Both the position numbers and the translations under genes were made by a program. The notes below the pieces were generated by a model. That model worked only from the letters and a program-made list of their open reading frames with translations. It had not been told where the DNA came from and searched no databases. Positions 20,014 to 34,100 of a DNA stretch of 64,000 nucleotides are shown in pieces; positions within the stretch are counted from its first letter, which is position 1, and each line of letters begins with the position of its first letter. Origin of the DNA: a virus; IMG/VR virus record IMGVR_UViG_3300012931_000667, positions 1-64,000 of that record, one strand, 5' to 3'.

Positions 20014-23000
20014 TTAATCAAATTTAATTTCTGATAACTTTATATTTTTCATTTGTTCATCCCTATATTCTTTTGTACAATTTTGACTATAAGTAGGAAT
20101 CTCTAGGTTTAATCTTAATATTTTATTTTGATATTCTTTTGTTTCTTCTAATAGTATACCTTGTAAGTATTCTTTTAATTTTTCTTTAGCAAAATTAATA
20201 TTAAAAGTATATATACTTAAACTATCTATAGACCAACTATACACTCCTTTTTGAATAATATCTAACTGATTTATTGGCAATCGTTTACTACCATTAATAA
20301 TATAATTTTTTTCAGTTTTCTTAACATCTAACTTTTCTATAAAATAATGATAATCATGTTTTTCATAAGGATAATATAAATTAACACAATAAATATAATT
20401 TTCTTCCATTAGATTTTCCTTTATATAGAGTAATTATGAAAAATATTTCTTCTTACCCATCGTTTAAATTCTTTATAATCATAATATAATGTTTTTATTG
20501 TAAATCTTTTTTTAATAATAAGATTCCATATGTTATCTTGTTCACTTCTACATTTTTTCTTACTTATAATTTGATATGTATTTATCCATTGATTTCTACT
20601 TCCCCAAGGAACAACAAAAGAATATTCTTCATGTTCTATTTTAACAGTAGGATCATTTACATTATTTTCATAAATTAAATTGTCATATTCTATAGAAACA
20701 TGAGTAATATCAGGACTTCTTATTAATCTGTCAATAACTTTTTTTGTTATTGTATTATCCCCTAATGGGAAATATAATAATTTATCTAAATCTTCTATTG
20801 AAATAATGAATTTATTAACAATTAAATTTTGTGATAATATATAACTATCAACATATTCTTTTGAAAAACAATTATATAGTATCCAATATTCCTTATCTAA
20901 AAACCAACAAAGACTTCTAATATTTTCAATAGGAATAATTATACTTTCACAATTTTCTAATATTAATTTTACTTTAATTATCTTTTTTGTAATATACATT
21001 ATTTACTATCCTTTTGTGGTTTAATAATTCCCCATTCTGTACCATTATAATTAAAATCAATCAATAATTTTTGTGATGTAGCATTAATTTCTATATGTTT
21101 AACTTCAATTTCTTTACCATTAATTTTTGATTCATCCATTATAGTACCATCATTTCTTATAGCCCCACAATAACAATTGCGTAAATCTTGTTTACATCTA
21201 TTATAAACAATAAAATTACAATTAGGACATTTATAAGCAGTAACAGTCATACTCATATACTTTCCCCTATACCAAAATCTTTATACATCTTATGTAATGG
21301 ACATAAATTAGGATTACAGTTTCCTTCTACATCTTCTTCATTACTTCTATGATTACAGTATACTAACACAGGATCAATTTTATCACCATCATCAGGTTCA
21401 AATTGACCAATAAAATATTCACAATCTTGTCCAAAATAAGTAAAACGTTTATAGCTACCTACTAATTTACCATCATCACTATCAAAATAATGTGCCCACA
21501 TAATTTCTTTATTATTCTTTAAGTAGTTCATTGTATAATCCCAAGAAGAATCATCAAAATCATATTGATAATTTGAATCAAAGTTTGATCCATACCTATG
21601 AGTATGATATATCATTGTGTACTTTTTCATATATTATTTACCTTAATTCATAAATAGTATTTAATGTTTCACACTTATTATTAGTAAAATCAATATTTAA
21701 TATTTTAGAAGATTCTAAATGATGACCACTTTCTATTCGAGGATGCCTTACACAAGTTCCTACTAACATACAAAAATCAGTAATATGCATTATGTCCCAG
21801 TCTTTAATTACAGCTATCGGTTTTTGTACATATTCTTGAACAATCTCACCAGTAGTACTATTAATTATTTTAAACCATTTAATTTCTATTAATTTTTTAA
21901 GGTTATCAATATAGTGTTCTCTAAATTCGATATCATTCATATTTTCTTGAATTACTGAATTCATAGCACTATTAAATCTTATTAATATACAATTATCATA
22001 CATTATATTTACTCCTTATCATCATCAAAATATTTATCAAAATCTTTCCAATCAAATCCAAATTTATTAGCCATATTTTCAATATCAACTTTAGCATCTT
22101 TAGCATTATTTATTATAGTTTCTTTATAACCTTTATTACTAAAAATTGATTGAAACAATGTATTTGCTCCTAGTATAAAGATTTCATATAGTAGGTTATG
22201 TACTCCATCTTCACCATCTTTATATGTAGACTTCTTTATACCAAATTCATATTTACTCTGCATTTCCTTAAACCATATTCCATAGTCTGTAGCTTCTTTT
22301 GGGTATAATTTACATCCTTCTTCAGCTTGCCTATATACATACCAAAAATTAGATAGAAAATTTTGTAAATCAGTTTCAATTTCTTGTTTATTCATTTAAA
22401 TCCAACCTAATTGTTTTGATGCATAGTACATAATGTACAATCCACCAAAGAAAGGAAGTATTTTTAGTAGAAATATATTATAAAATTTAGAAGCTCTAAT
22501 AAAAAAATTTTGAGCAACAAAGTAACAACCTACAATAAAAAGTGCTGATGCCATATTCATATAATCCTCCTATAAAGTATTAAGGCTTAAATTCATCATC
22601 AGATATTTCATCCAATACCCACATTAAAGCTTCTTGTACTCCTTGTTCATAAGTCATAGAAGGATATTTACTTTCTTCTGTTTCTAAATTTAATAAGATA
22701 TCATTAATATCTTTTTCTGTTTTCATACTATAACTCCTTCATTGCTAATTGGTAATCTTTAAAGTACTGACTACCTTTTTCATCATAACACATTGTACAT
22801 ACATATCCAAAATCGATTATGACCTTTAGTGTAGGTTCTTTTTTACTATTACATATTTTACAAGGAGTATTCCTATTATCATTATTAATGAATACTCCCA
22901 TTTTACTTTGTCCTTTTATTTCTGTATTTCTCCATATAGATTTTTCTGTTTATATCAATTTTACTAATTTCAATAACTACTAGTAATCCTAAAACTACAA

Positions 23001-26000
23001 TAGGACTCTCATATTTATCATGAAAATGTTTTATTGTCAAGCCTAATCCAAGTTCATGTCTATTCTTCCCCCACTTTAACCCAAAGCCTAATATAGGGAA
23101 AATTACAGCATTATCACTATAGGTTTCTATATATTTATTTTTCATTTAGTAGTATCCCTAATAAATCAAATCTTATTGCACTTCTAAATGAAGGAATTTC
23201 TTGTTGATTATTAATATAATTATCCATAACAAATTTATGGAACAAATCACAAAAAGTTTTATGATCATCAACAAACTTTTGAGTTAAAGTAATCCCTTCT
23301 AGTATTACTTCAATTCCCATTAACCCTATTGAAAGAAATTGATCTTTAGACAATGACACAATATAGTTTAAACAATCTTCTATTTGCTCACTATTTATAT
23401 AATTACCTATTTTTTTAATTATATCCCATGCTTCATCAGATATATTATCATAAGTATGCATTAATTATTTTCCTTTCTTGTTAACACTTTTAATATATTA
23501 TCAACTTTTTTATCTATCTGTACATTACTTCCCATAGGCCAATATTCTTTTAGTAATAGGGATATTGTAAGTTTTAAGTCATTCTCATCAATAATGATCA
23601 TTTTTCTTCTACTTCTTCTTCTAACACTTCTATAGTAATCTTTATTCTTCTACCCTTATAGTTATTTTCAATAAAATTATCAATATTATCATCATCTATA
23701 TAAAGTCCTTTATCTACATCTGACCAATTACCATATGGATTTCTTCTTACTAATCCATCTAAAGTAGTACTACCAAATTTATAAATAATACTCATTTAGG
23801 ATAATCCTCCTATCCTATTAATTCTACCCAACAATTCTTTTTACCATTCCATTCACCATCTAATGATGCATCTGCCCAACTATACAAATTTTTCATTGCA
23901 TCATCAAAGTTTTCTATTTCACTACCATCATCATTTGATGAAGTAGCAATAATATTAAAATCATCAATAAGAAATTGAATATCTTCATTTAATTTATTAG
24001 GATCAAAAACACTTAGTTTATCAATTAGTACTTTAGCTAATTGTTGAACTGTTATTTCATGGTTTTTGCATTGTTTCCATTCAATACTAATATCTAATTT
24101 TCTAACCCATTGTGCCATTTTATTTACTCCTTTACTTCTTCATAATTAAAGTTTTCATTACCATATTCACCTAGATACCATACTTTATTTAATTCTTTTA
24201 CCTTACTTTCAGCTTCTTTTAAATTATATAAAGTTGCATCTTTTTTATTTATATAACCTCCATTTGTTCTTTCCCATTCACCTTCTTGATAATACCTTTT
24301 ATCCCAACCAATTTCATCACAAGTATCTTTATATATTCTATACTTTTTCATTTACCTTCTCCTTATCTCTTAATTAAATATTCTAATTCTACTATTAATG
24401 CTTCATTTCTTTCATATGCTGTAGAATGATGATTAGGATACCTAGTATACAGATTAGGAGAATAAATTATATTATTCATCATACCATAAATTCCCCACCA
24501 ATACTGTATATCAGGATATCTCTTATTATACTCTGGATCACCATTTACAAATCCATATTTTTTAAGTATATTATCAATATAATCATAAATAGGTGTAGAC
24601 CATTCTTTTAGTCCATCATAAAAACCTTGATGCGAAGCTGTAGATCGTAAACTATAGCAAATTGATAATAGCCCTTGTACATCTTTTATAGCATTATTAG
24701 AAACATTTACTATTTTCTTTGTTTCGTTAGTATCATACATATAACTCATTTAAATATTTCCTTTCCTAATATCACTTTCATTTTTTTCATAATCCATTTA
24801 TTTTTCACATCTTCTAGATATTTATCATAATCATTACCCATTTTTATATAAAAATAATATTCAATACTACTACTGATTTCAGTTAAATAACTATCAGGTA
24901 ACTCTAGTATTAACTCAAATCTTAATCCTTTTCTATATCCATGAAAGTTATCACCATCATAAATAGATATATTTGCTATCAATTTATCATCATAAATATA
25001 GTTTATACTTATACAATTATTATCAAAAGTAGACCAGGTATCAATAATAGTATAATCTATGGGAGATTCCCAATCATAGATATCCTCTTCATGCTTTTTC
25101 TCAAGTATTATAGCATTATTATTTTTTAGTAATTCTACTATTGTGCTAATGTTATTCCAATTATTAGAATCCTTGTATTGAATAGGAGCAAAAGTAAGCA
25201 TTTTTTTCAGAGTAAGAATGTCAATCTTTTTATCTTCCATATAATTTCCCCTTATTTATTTCTATTAATTTCTACAGCACAATCATTACCACCAAAATAA
25301 GAATAAAACACCTGCTTATTATTAATAGAAACTGTCACTCTGCCACCATCATAAAAAAATCCTAAATAATTTATTTTATCTGGTAAATTAATACTTTTTT
25401 CTTCATTATAACAATCATCTTTCCAATTATTAAAAATTAGTTTACTATTCCCATTTTCTTCTTCATTAACTTTTTCCCATGATATAGAGTTTTCATTATG
25501 AATTATTTTATATATATCCCATTTTTTATGCATGGTGTCTCTATATTGTTTAGCACCTTCTAATGAAAATGTAGAAGCATACATAAAAGTAGTATCAGAA
25601 GGATATCCACCTGATGTCTCATCAATACGAATAAAATAATTAGTAGCAGAATCTTTTAATATATACTTATCTTCCATATTATTTTTCTCCTTTACCAAAT
25701 ATGTTCAGAAAATAAACAAGGATGCCAATTTTCTTTTACTATTTCTATTCCTTTTATTTTTGTGTAATTTTCATTCCATTTTTGTTCTGAACATTGATTA
25801 TAATTGAAAGCTTCATAGTATGCTTCTTCTCTAGTTAAAAACTGTAGACTATCATTAATAAACCCTTGTATACAATCTATATGTAATTTTTGTACTACTT
25901 CCCATTCTACACCAGCTTTTCTGTATAGGTCTATTAAATTCTTAAAACAAGCTGAATGATTATTTCCTACAAAAACTCTACTATCTACTAATTTAATTGC

Positions 26001-27833
26001 GGCTGATACTATCATATAAAATTACTTTTTCATTATCAGGAGCATATTGTTTTTTTTCTTCTTCTGTCCAATCAAACTTAATCATTTATTTCTTCTCCTT
26101 TTTTACAATTTCAATCTTATTAATAACAGATATGTCATAAACATCATAAAAGGTATTATCCTTACCCCACCACCAAGCAGTAGCTTTTTCATCTGCTAAA
26201 TACTCTGATTTTGCTTTAATAAAAATTGAACTAATAAAATCTTGTGTGTCATGTCTATAAAAAGATACCTTATACTCATATCCAAAAATTCTATGGTAAA
26301 TTAACTTAAAAAACTGTGTAGGATGCTTTGTATATTTCTTAATCTCATTCTTTATAATTATATATTTATAATTTACTTCTTTTCTTTCTACAGCATACAC
26401 AAACCATAACCATTTAAATACATACTGTCCTCTATCAGGACTCCATGACATACATGGCATATAATGAGGAAAGATATAGAATTTGCCATTAGGGTAAAAC
26501 CTAAATTTAATTTCATTATTACCAGGACGATTATCAAATTTAATCTTCATGTTCTTCCTCTTTTAAGGTAGTCAATAGTAAATTACAAGCTTCATCATCA
26601 GTAAGAACTAATTGATTATATTCTTTCATATCTTCAAAAGGTACAGGTTCTCTTATTTTTTTAATTAATTTCATTGCTTTGTTTCTATTCATCTATTTTC
26701 CTTTGACTACTATTACATTATGGGTATAATCATAAATAACATCTATTACCTCTGTAGCAGGAGTATAACCCATGAATACTTTTTCTCCTATATGAGGAAT
26801 ATATGAAGGATTTTCTATTACTCTTGCTTTTCTAGTATCACTATCAATAGGAAGGGATAATAAAACATCTATATCATCATAGTATACATCAAGTAAAATC
26901 ATTGTCATTTGATACTCCTTAATCATCACTCATTTGAACACAATTACAATTAGGACAAGCAAGTAAAGCTACTCTATGTTCTCCCCCATGATAGCTACTA
27001 TTATCTACTAAAAAAGTTCCATTAATATGTATAAATTTTTTCTTATGATCCTGCATATTACTAATTTTTAAAGCTAATACATTATCATCTTTTTCTTCCC
27101 AATCATGAACATAAAAATAATGGCAAACAGGACAAGTAGTCATATATTTCTCCTATATTTTCTTTAATTCTACATACTTCTTTAGTACTTCTACTATATT
27201 TTTAGGATTACTAAAACCAGCTTGAACCATTTCCAATGATATTGATTCAAATTTCTTTATTTGCTTATATTGAATTAATGAAGCTTTTAATGCAGGAAGA
27301 AAGTCTATGTAGTCTTCTTCTTTTCCAGTATACATCATTATAGGTCGAATATCCATCATTTTGTCAAGAGGATTATTAGTAGTTACCATAGATAAATCAA
27401 TTCCCATTTTTTCAGCTTTTGATCTACGTCTACCCTCTTGCATAGCCTTTTTTTGTGCTTCAGATACTATCCTCCCCTTTCGCTTATCAGCTTTAGGAAG
27501 AGTAGGAGCATTAGGCATAGTAATTGTTTGAATTATAGATTCAGTATGGTATTCTAATACAGATACTTTGGGCTTATTTTTGCTTCCTTTAGGTCTTAAC
27601 ATTTAATTCTCCTTATGTACTGTCATTAGTATATACTTAGGACCATCATGACTATGATCAGCAAAGAAAGCATAAGCTTTTCTATTACCAATATCATTTT
27701 CCATTTTTGCCATTTGTCGTAGTCCTGATGGATATGAAGCACAAAGTAGTTTAGGGTATAGATTTCTTTTTTTAGCATCAGTAAGAAAGGAATAAAGTAC
27801 ATCAATGTTGTTAGTAAAAATCATACCATTCAT
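20014..27833 (-). CDS. Long array of more than 20 small hypothetical proteins (accessory/early region)
   Basis: Dense co-oriented ORFs with RBS downstream of the promoter at 27865-27893. Includes Cys-rich zinc-ribbon-like ORFs (20999-21256, 26919-27143) and a basic protein with an AT-hook-like RPKGSKNKPK start (27153-27602). Confidence 0.6.
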
Positions 27834-27864
27834 TTAAATCTTCTCCCTCTCATTTTGTTATATC

Positions 27865-27893
27865 ATAGTACACTACGACTAATAATATGTCAA
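27865..27893 (-). promoter_or_regulatory. Sigma70-type promoter
   Basis: TTGACA-N17-TACTAT. Confidence 0.7.
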
Positions 27894-28121
27894 TATATAA
27901 ATAAAAGTATTTTGATTATATTAAATGGAGATTTTAGATTTATACATTGTATATTTAATCAAATAGTCTTGTTTGATAAACACCAGGGGATACCTCTTGA
28001 AGTTTAGTACCTGGCATTTTAGATAACCTATCTTTTTCAATTTCAAATTCTTGTTCTGTTAATCGTCTACCATTAACAATATATACCTTATTAACATTAG
28101 TATTTTGTACTGTATCACTCA

Positions 28122-28685
28122 TTATAATTTACCCTCTTTATAAAGATTTTCACTAAGTATACTTTGTAGTCTATAATAAGACATTAAAAAAATTAAATCA
28201 TAGTTAGTTTCATAATCAATAATGTTTTTCATTTCTTCCAATGTCATTAATATAGATTCAGATTTTTCCTCATAAATAGTACCATCTCCAGTAGGTTTAC
28301 CAATATCATAAGAGGTAAGACCTAAAATATATAAATTACATCTTATATTACTATTCTTCCATATAGGTAATTCTTTTTCTTTTATATACCATTCTAAATC
28401 AAAGTCATAAATACCACTTTCTTCTTGAATTTCTCGCATCAACCCATCTTCTATACTTTCATTTTCCTCCACCATTCCTGATAATAAGGTAAAATATTTT
28501 TTAACTTCATTATCTTTACAAAAATAAGGAGGACATAATTCAGAACGTACTATAATTTTATTCTCATTTATAAGATAAGGTAATACTATTACTTCTGAAC
28601 CTTCATTTAAAATTTCATAGGGATATTGTATAGGAGAAATAATTGAAAGAAACTTTCCTTTCCATAGTTGTTTAAATGGTATCAT
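28122..28685 (-). CDS. Nudix hydrolase
   Basis: SGMVEENESIEDGLMREIQEESG Nudix box. Confidence 0.85.
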   Translation of the reverse strand: MIPFKQLWKGKFLSIISPIQYPYEILNEGSEVIVLPYLINENKIIVRSELCPPYFCKDNEVKKYFTLLSGMVEENESIEDGLMREIQEESGIYDFDLEWYIKEKELPIWKNSNIRCNLYILGLTSYDIGKPTGDGTIYEEKSESILMTLEEMKNIIDYETNYDLIFLMSYYRLQSILSENLYKEGKL

Positions 28686-28711
28686 TCTATTTCTCCTAAT
28701 TAAATAGTTAT

Positions 28712-29746
28712 TTATACATAAAATTGTAATATTTCTTCAATAAATTTTTCTTCCCAATAAGGAATTCTAATTAAGTTAATATTATTATTTTTACAATATT
28801 CATTTTTAGTACTATCCCTTTTTTTAATGAGAATAAGATTTTCTTCCCATCCAAATAAATTAATAGCTTCATAGTGCTGTCTACCATCAAATTCTATTAA
28901 ATACTTTAACTTAACTTTTTCTTTATCTTCAAAAATAGCAAAATCAAAGAATAAGGAATAAACATATTTACAATCCTTAATTTTATATTCCTTAATATAA
29001 AAAATATCATTTTTATTTAGATATTGGGTTATTAAAGTTGCTCCTTTTGATTCTTTTCTATTACTAGTACAAATAGAGCATCCAGAATTAAGAATTACCC
29101 TTGTTTTTATACTTGTATACCACTCATGACCACATTCTTTATTTTTCCACCATGCTTTTTTATCAGTTTTAGGATAAATTCTTTTAGGATCAAGACCTAA
29201 TTTATTATTTTTTTCATAATCCCATTCTAATAATAATTCTGGATACTTAAAATATAGAGATTTTTCAATATTATTACAAATAGAATTAGATTTACCAATT
29301 TGTATCATTCCACAATCATAACATTGATGTAACTGTATTTTCTTATTCCTTAGTCTTCCACTTAAAATTTCAAATTCTTTTCCACAATCACATCTAACAA
29401 GATAAATACATTCCTGTCTTTTAGAATCAACTCCTATTTTTTTTAAAACTAATAATTTATCAAATTTCTGTCCAACTAAATCTTTTTGATATGCTTTACC
29501 CATATTTATATAACTACATTTTTTACAACCTTCTCCTAATAAATCTTTAGAAACACTATGCCAGAAATTTCCATGTAAAAAACAAGTGTATTCTACTAAA
29601 GTTTTAGTAGTATTATATGTTTCATTAAATAATCCTATAACTCCTTTTTCATTTTTATATCTTCCAGTTAAAATAATAGGATTTTCTTTATTTTTCCAAA
29701 TTTCATTATGTCTAAAAATAATTTCTTGTTCTGTTAATTTTCTCAT
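28712..29746 (-). CDS. Putative free-standing endonuclease: zinc-ribbon repeats plus C-terminal Vsr/PD-(D/E)XK-like nuclease
   Basis: Multiple CxxC, RCDCG, YPELLLEWDYEKN...CGHEW, and FDFAI...IEFDGRQH...RDxxKNEYC...LIRIPYW. Confidence 0.7.
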   Translation of the reverse strand: MRKLTEQEIIFRHNEIWKNKENPIILTGRYKNEKGVIGLFNETYNTTKTLVEYTCFLHGNFWHSVSKDLLGEGCKKCSYINMGKAYQKDLVGQKFDKLLVLKKIGVDSKRQECIYLVRCDCGKEFEILSGRLRNKKIQLHQCYDCGMIQIGKSNSICNNIEKSLYFKYPELLLEWDYEKNNKLGLDPKRIYPKTDKKAWWKNKECGHEWYTSIKTRVILNSGCSICTSNRKESKGATLITQYLNKNDIFYIKEYKIKDCKYVYSLFFDFAIFEDKEKVKLKYLIEFDGRQHYEAINLFGWEENLILIKKRDSTKNEYCKNNNINLIRIPYWEEKFIEEILQFYV

Positions 29747-29764
29747 AATAAATTAAAATGGTTA

Positions 29765-30642
29765 TTACCCTATTTTTTCAGCAAAATTTAAATCTATACT
29801 CATTCTCATACTTACTGAAGGTATTAATTGTAATGAATATGTATAATTAGGAGGAAATATAAAATATGATATTTCTGCTCCTGTAGTTCCTGTAGAAAAT
29901 TGACCAGGATTTGTACCATAATTTATTAGTCTATCTCTCATTAATGTTTGATATCCAGAAGTACTAATAGTATTTCCTGTATAGAATTTTGATCTAAAAG
30001 TATAACCATTAGTATTATATCTATTATAATTTATAGGATTGACTATTGTTCCTGAAACAGTTATTACAGGTCTCTCTTTTAATAAATATTGTACTTGACC
30101 TTGAGTTTCTATTACAACCCAAGCTAACATTACACAATCATTAATAGAAACTAATAAATTTAATTCAGTACCTTGAGTAGCTTGTAATGAAATAAATCCA
30201 TAATATCCATTATTTCTAAAAAATTCATCTGGTGATTCAAAAATAGGCATATTAGATTTAATATCAATAGGGATATCATCAAAAGCTCCCATTATTTATT
30301 ACCTCTTAAATATACTGTAACAGTACCAGAACTTGATATACTACTAAATTTCATTAAATTACAAGGTATAATTTTTGTACTAATACTAAAGTTAATACCT
30401 GAAAAAACTAATGGTCCAATGTGGATATATTCAAAGTGAATACCAGAAATAGTGTTAGTTACATCATTTATATATTTTTGTGAATTATTACTTAATTGAA
30501 TCTGATAAATAGGATTACCACTTATTACAGTTTGTATTGATATAGAAGAGAAATTACCACTTACTCCTAGTATTTTAGTTCCACTAGGAGTAAGAGTAAA
30601 TTGATAATTAGAACCTAAATACTCATCATAGAGTATAGACAT
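29765..30642 (-). CDS. Two hypothetical proteins (29765-30292, 30292-30642), possibly virion-associated
   Basis: S/T/G-rich, beta-strand-like composition; preceded by TAACTATTTA. Confidence 0.45.
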
Positions 30643-30672
30643 ATATAAATAGTTACTCTTTATAAATAAATA

Positions 30673-31167
30673 TCACTTTTTTACTTTTTTTATTTTTGAC
30701 CATCTATCATTTTCTTTTTTAATATAAAAAGTAAAATTAGTATAAGGTAAAGAAAAGAAATCTTCTTCTATCTTTTTTCCATTTTCATCTTCATCAGAAT
30801 ATTTAGTTGGTTTTTTTATTATTTCACCTTTTGTTAATATTTCCTTCATGTCAATTGTAGCTAATGATGAGAAATCATGATTAAACATAATAAAAATACT
30901 AGACATACTTTCATGTTTTCTATAAGGAATATGAATAGTATCCCAACATTCTTTTTTCCATTTAGGTTCATCCCATACGAATTTTACTTCTACTTCAACT
31001 AAAATTTTATTTCCATTGGGATCAATAGAATAAAAATCACCTTTTTTATATAATTCTTTGTCTGACAATACTGATTTATATCCTAATTGATTAAGAAACT
31101 TAATAGCTTCAATTTTTGATATTTTATCTGATTGATTATAAGTCTCTCGTGAAAATGTTTTATTCAT
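30673..31167 (-). CDS. Putative PD-(D/E)XK nuclease-fold protein
   Basis: GDFY...LVEVEVK pattern. Confidence 0.4.
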   Translation of the reverse strand: MNKTFSRETYNQSDKISKIEAIKFLNQLGYKSVLSDKELYKKGDFYSIDPNGNKILVEVEVKFVWDEPKWKKECWDTIHIPYRKHESMSSIFIMFNHDFSSLATIDMKEILTKGEIIKKPTKYSDEDENGKKIEEDFFSLPYTNFTFYIKKENDRWSKIKKVKK

Positions 31168-31168
31168 A

Positions 31169-34100
31169 TTAATCTATAGCTTTAAATTGTCTACGAGGGA
31201 ACTCCCAATTTCTACGAGTAATATTCCATCCACTTATCTTTGTATAAAAGCCAACAACACGAGTTAAATAATCAGTAATTTCTTTTCCACAAATGGGACA
31301 TATCTTTTGTTTACCAAAAGAACTATGACCATCTACACATTCACTATATACAGAATTCAAAGCAAAAAGTTCACATCCAGATTTAATAGCATAATCTATT
31401 ATTTTTTTATTTTGAGTAGTAGTAGTTTTTTCTCCTAAATTAAAGAAACAAATAGAACCACCTGTATATAATTTTTGATATTTACCATCTATTTCCATTC
31501 TTTCCCATATTGATTTATCTTCCCATAAAGGAATAAATTGATTAGAATATAATTCATAAGGTACACAACTTTCACCATAAATTAATTTATCAATTTGTGT
31601 TAATCTTATCGCCATAGTTTCACCAGGAACTTGTTCTATATTAAATGGTGTTTTTAATTCATTAGTCCAATAAGAAGCTTTATCATTAAGAAGTTTTAAT
31701 GATTCCTCAATTAAATCTTTATTAAAATCACCAAATTTTTTAAGCATTGTTTCTTTTGTTTCAGTTAATCCAATAATACCATAAGTAGAAAACATTTTTT
31801 TTAATTGAATCCAACCTAAAGTCATTAATGGTTGCATTCCTTTATCAATAGTATCTTGTAACATCTTTCTATGAGAATAAAGTATTTTAGTAGCATCATC
31901 TATTCTTTCTGATAATATTTTAAAAAATGAATCATAATCAGTAGCTTCAAGAGCTATACGATTAAAATTAATTAATACTACTCTATGAGAACCTAAACTA
32001 ATAGCACTCCCACCAAAAGAATTTGATAGTCCTCCTAAATTAAACATATCAGCATCACTTAATAATCGACAATTATGTGTTATTACTCCATTAGGTAAAG
32101 TAAAATAAGGTTCTTCTTTATTTCTCATTTCAAAACAATATACACTTTCTTTATTATATTCTTTTATTTCTTCAATAGAGTTTATTTTAAAATAAATATT
32201 TCCATTTCTAAAAATATATACATTTTCTTGTTTTCTTTTTGATTTTCTATCATACCACCTAATAGAATAAGATGGATAATTTCTATTATAGAAATTATCT
32301 CTAATAAATACTTTTTCATTTGTTCTATCTACACAATCAATACAAGAAACTTTACCTAATGAAGTTAATAAAGTTTCCATATTAGAAATTAATTTTTTAG
32401 AAGAAGAATAAATTCTATTAGAGTTTCCACCATCTGTTAAATATAATCCTTTTAGGATACCCTTTCTAAAGTCTTTAGATTCTAGTAGACATTCAAGATT
32501 TAATTCTTTTTCATAAGAATAATTACCATATACCCAATATTTTATAAAATTATATAAATTAATATCATGAATACAAACATTATAACAATTATTTTTTAAT
32601 TCATTTTTATAAATATTTTTATTAATCCCCAATTGTTTAAGAGCAATTTCAAATATAGGAATTAACTCTTTATCTTTTTTAAGATTTAAAGAAAAACAAA
32701 TAATAGTTCCATTATTATCCTTATTTTTATAAGAACTTCCATCTCCTAAATAAGAACCTATTAAAATTCCTTGTTCATAAGTTAAAATACTTTTTTTATT
32801 ATATCTACCAGGAGTAGACTCATTTAATAGATTATTATTAAATAGTAAGTAATCATCCTCTGTTAATTCACATACTTTTTTATCTTTTTCTAATGTTAGA
32901 AAAATATGGTCTTCAGTTACAATCATTTCTTTTTTATTAGATGTGATAATTTTATACATTTTCTTATTTTCTCTATTAACTTTTATAGGATTTCCAAATA
33001 ACCAATTTCCATTATGAAAAATTCTTAAATTTATTCCATTTTTAGGCATTTCATATACTTCTTTTAATTTTTTTTCTTCTACTCCATTAGTACTATAAAT
33101 TAATACTTTTGTATCTTCATCAAAACAGCAAGAACTTATTTTATTACCTTCAGAAACATAAGTATGATATCTATAAACATCATGTTTACAATACTCTTTT
33201 TCAAAATCTTTATCTACTACATCAATTACACCATTAATATTTTTACGAGAAAGGTTAACTGTTGATACAGGAAAAGTATAAGGCTTTCCATTAGATAGAG
33301 GATCACCTTTATCAAAAAAATCCATATATAATTTTTCAAGATAAATAATATATTCAATAATGTAATTAATGTCTATTTTTTCAAAATACCAACCCATATT
33401 ATCTTTAGCTAATAAATTTTTAAGTTTTTCTCTATCAAATAAAGAGATATTGGTAAAAGGACTTTCAATATTATTTCTTGACATAGGATTATTAACACTA
33501 TGTACAAAAGTTTGATAGCAATTAATAATATATTTTTGTAATTCTTTAGATTCTTGTAATTGTTCTAAAGTAACTTTTTCTCGATAATAAAGAACATGGC
33601 AAATATCAAAAAAGAAAGTACCTATAGCGATAGCCCCTGCTAATTGAGAAGACATTTGATGAATAATTTCTTTTAAAGAATCAATATAACTAGAAACTCT
33701 ATGAGGAGGATTAGATTTTAATTGCCCAAAAGGAACCCCTTGAATAACAATTTTTGATGCATCAAAAGCCCAACAATAAGGTAATAATAGTTTACCACTA
33801 TCATGAATAGCTAAAGACATATCATACATTTCACCAGTTAATTTTTTAGCTTCTTTTTTACCATATAAATCTTTAATTTTTCTATATAAAGCTCTATACC
33901 CTACCATTTTATATAAAGGAATTGATGATTCATATTGTAATCCAGCTAATGTTTTTCCACTTTTATTAGCATTAGTATCTAAAGAAGTATCTGCTAAATT
34001 ACTATTTGTTAATAACTCAATATTATTTATAAAGTCAAAATTATCTTTACTTAACCCATGCATTTTTAATATTTTTTCTGTAATATCATCATTCACAATT

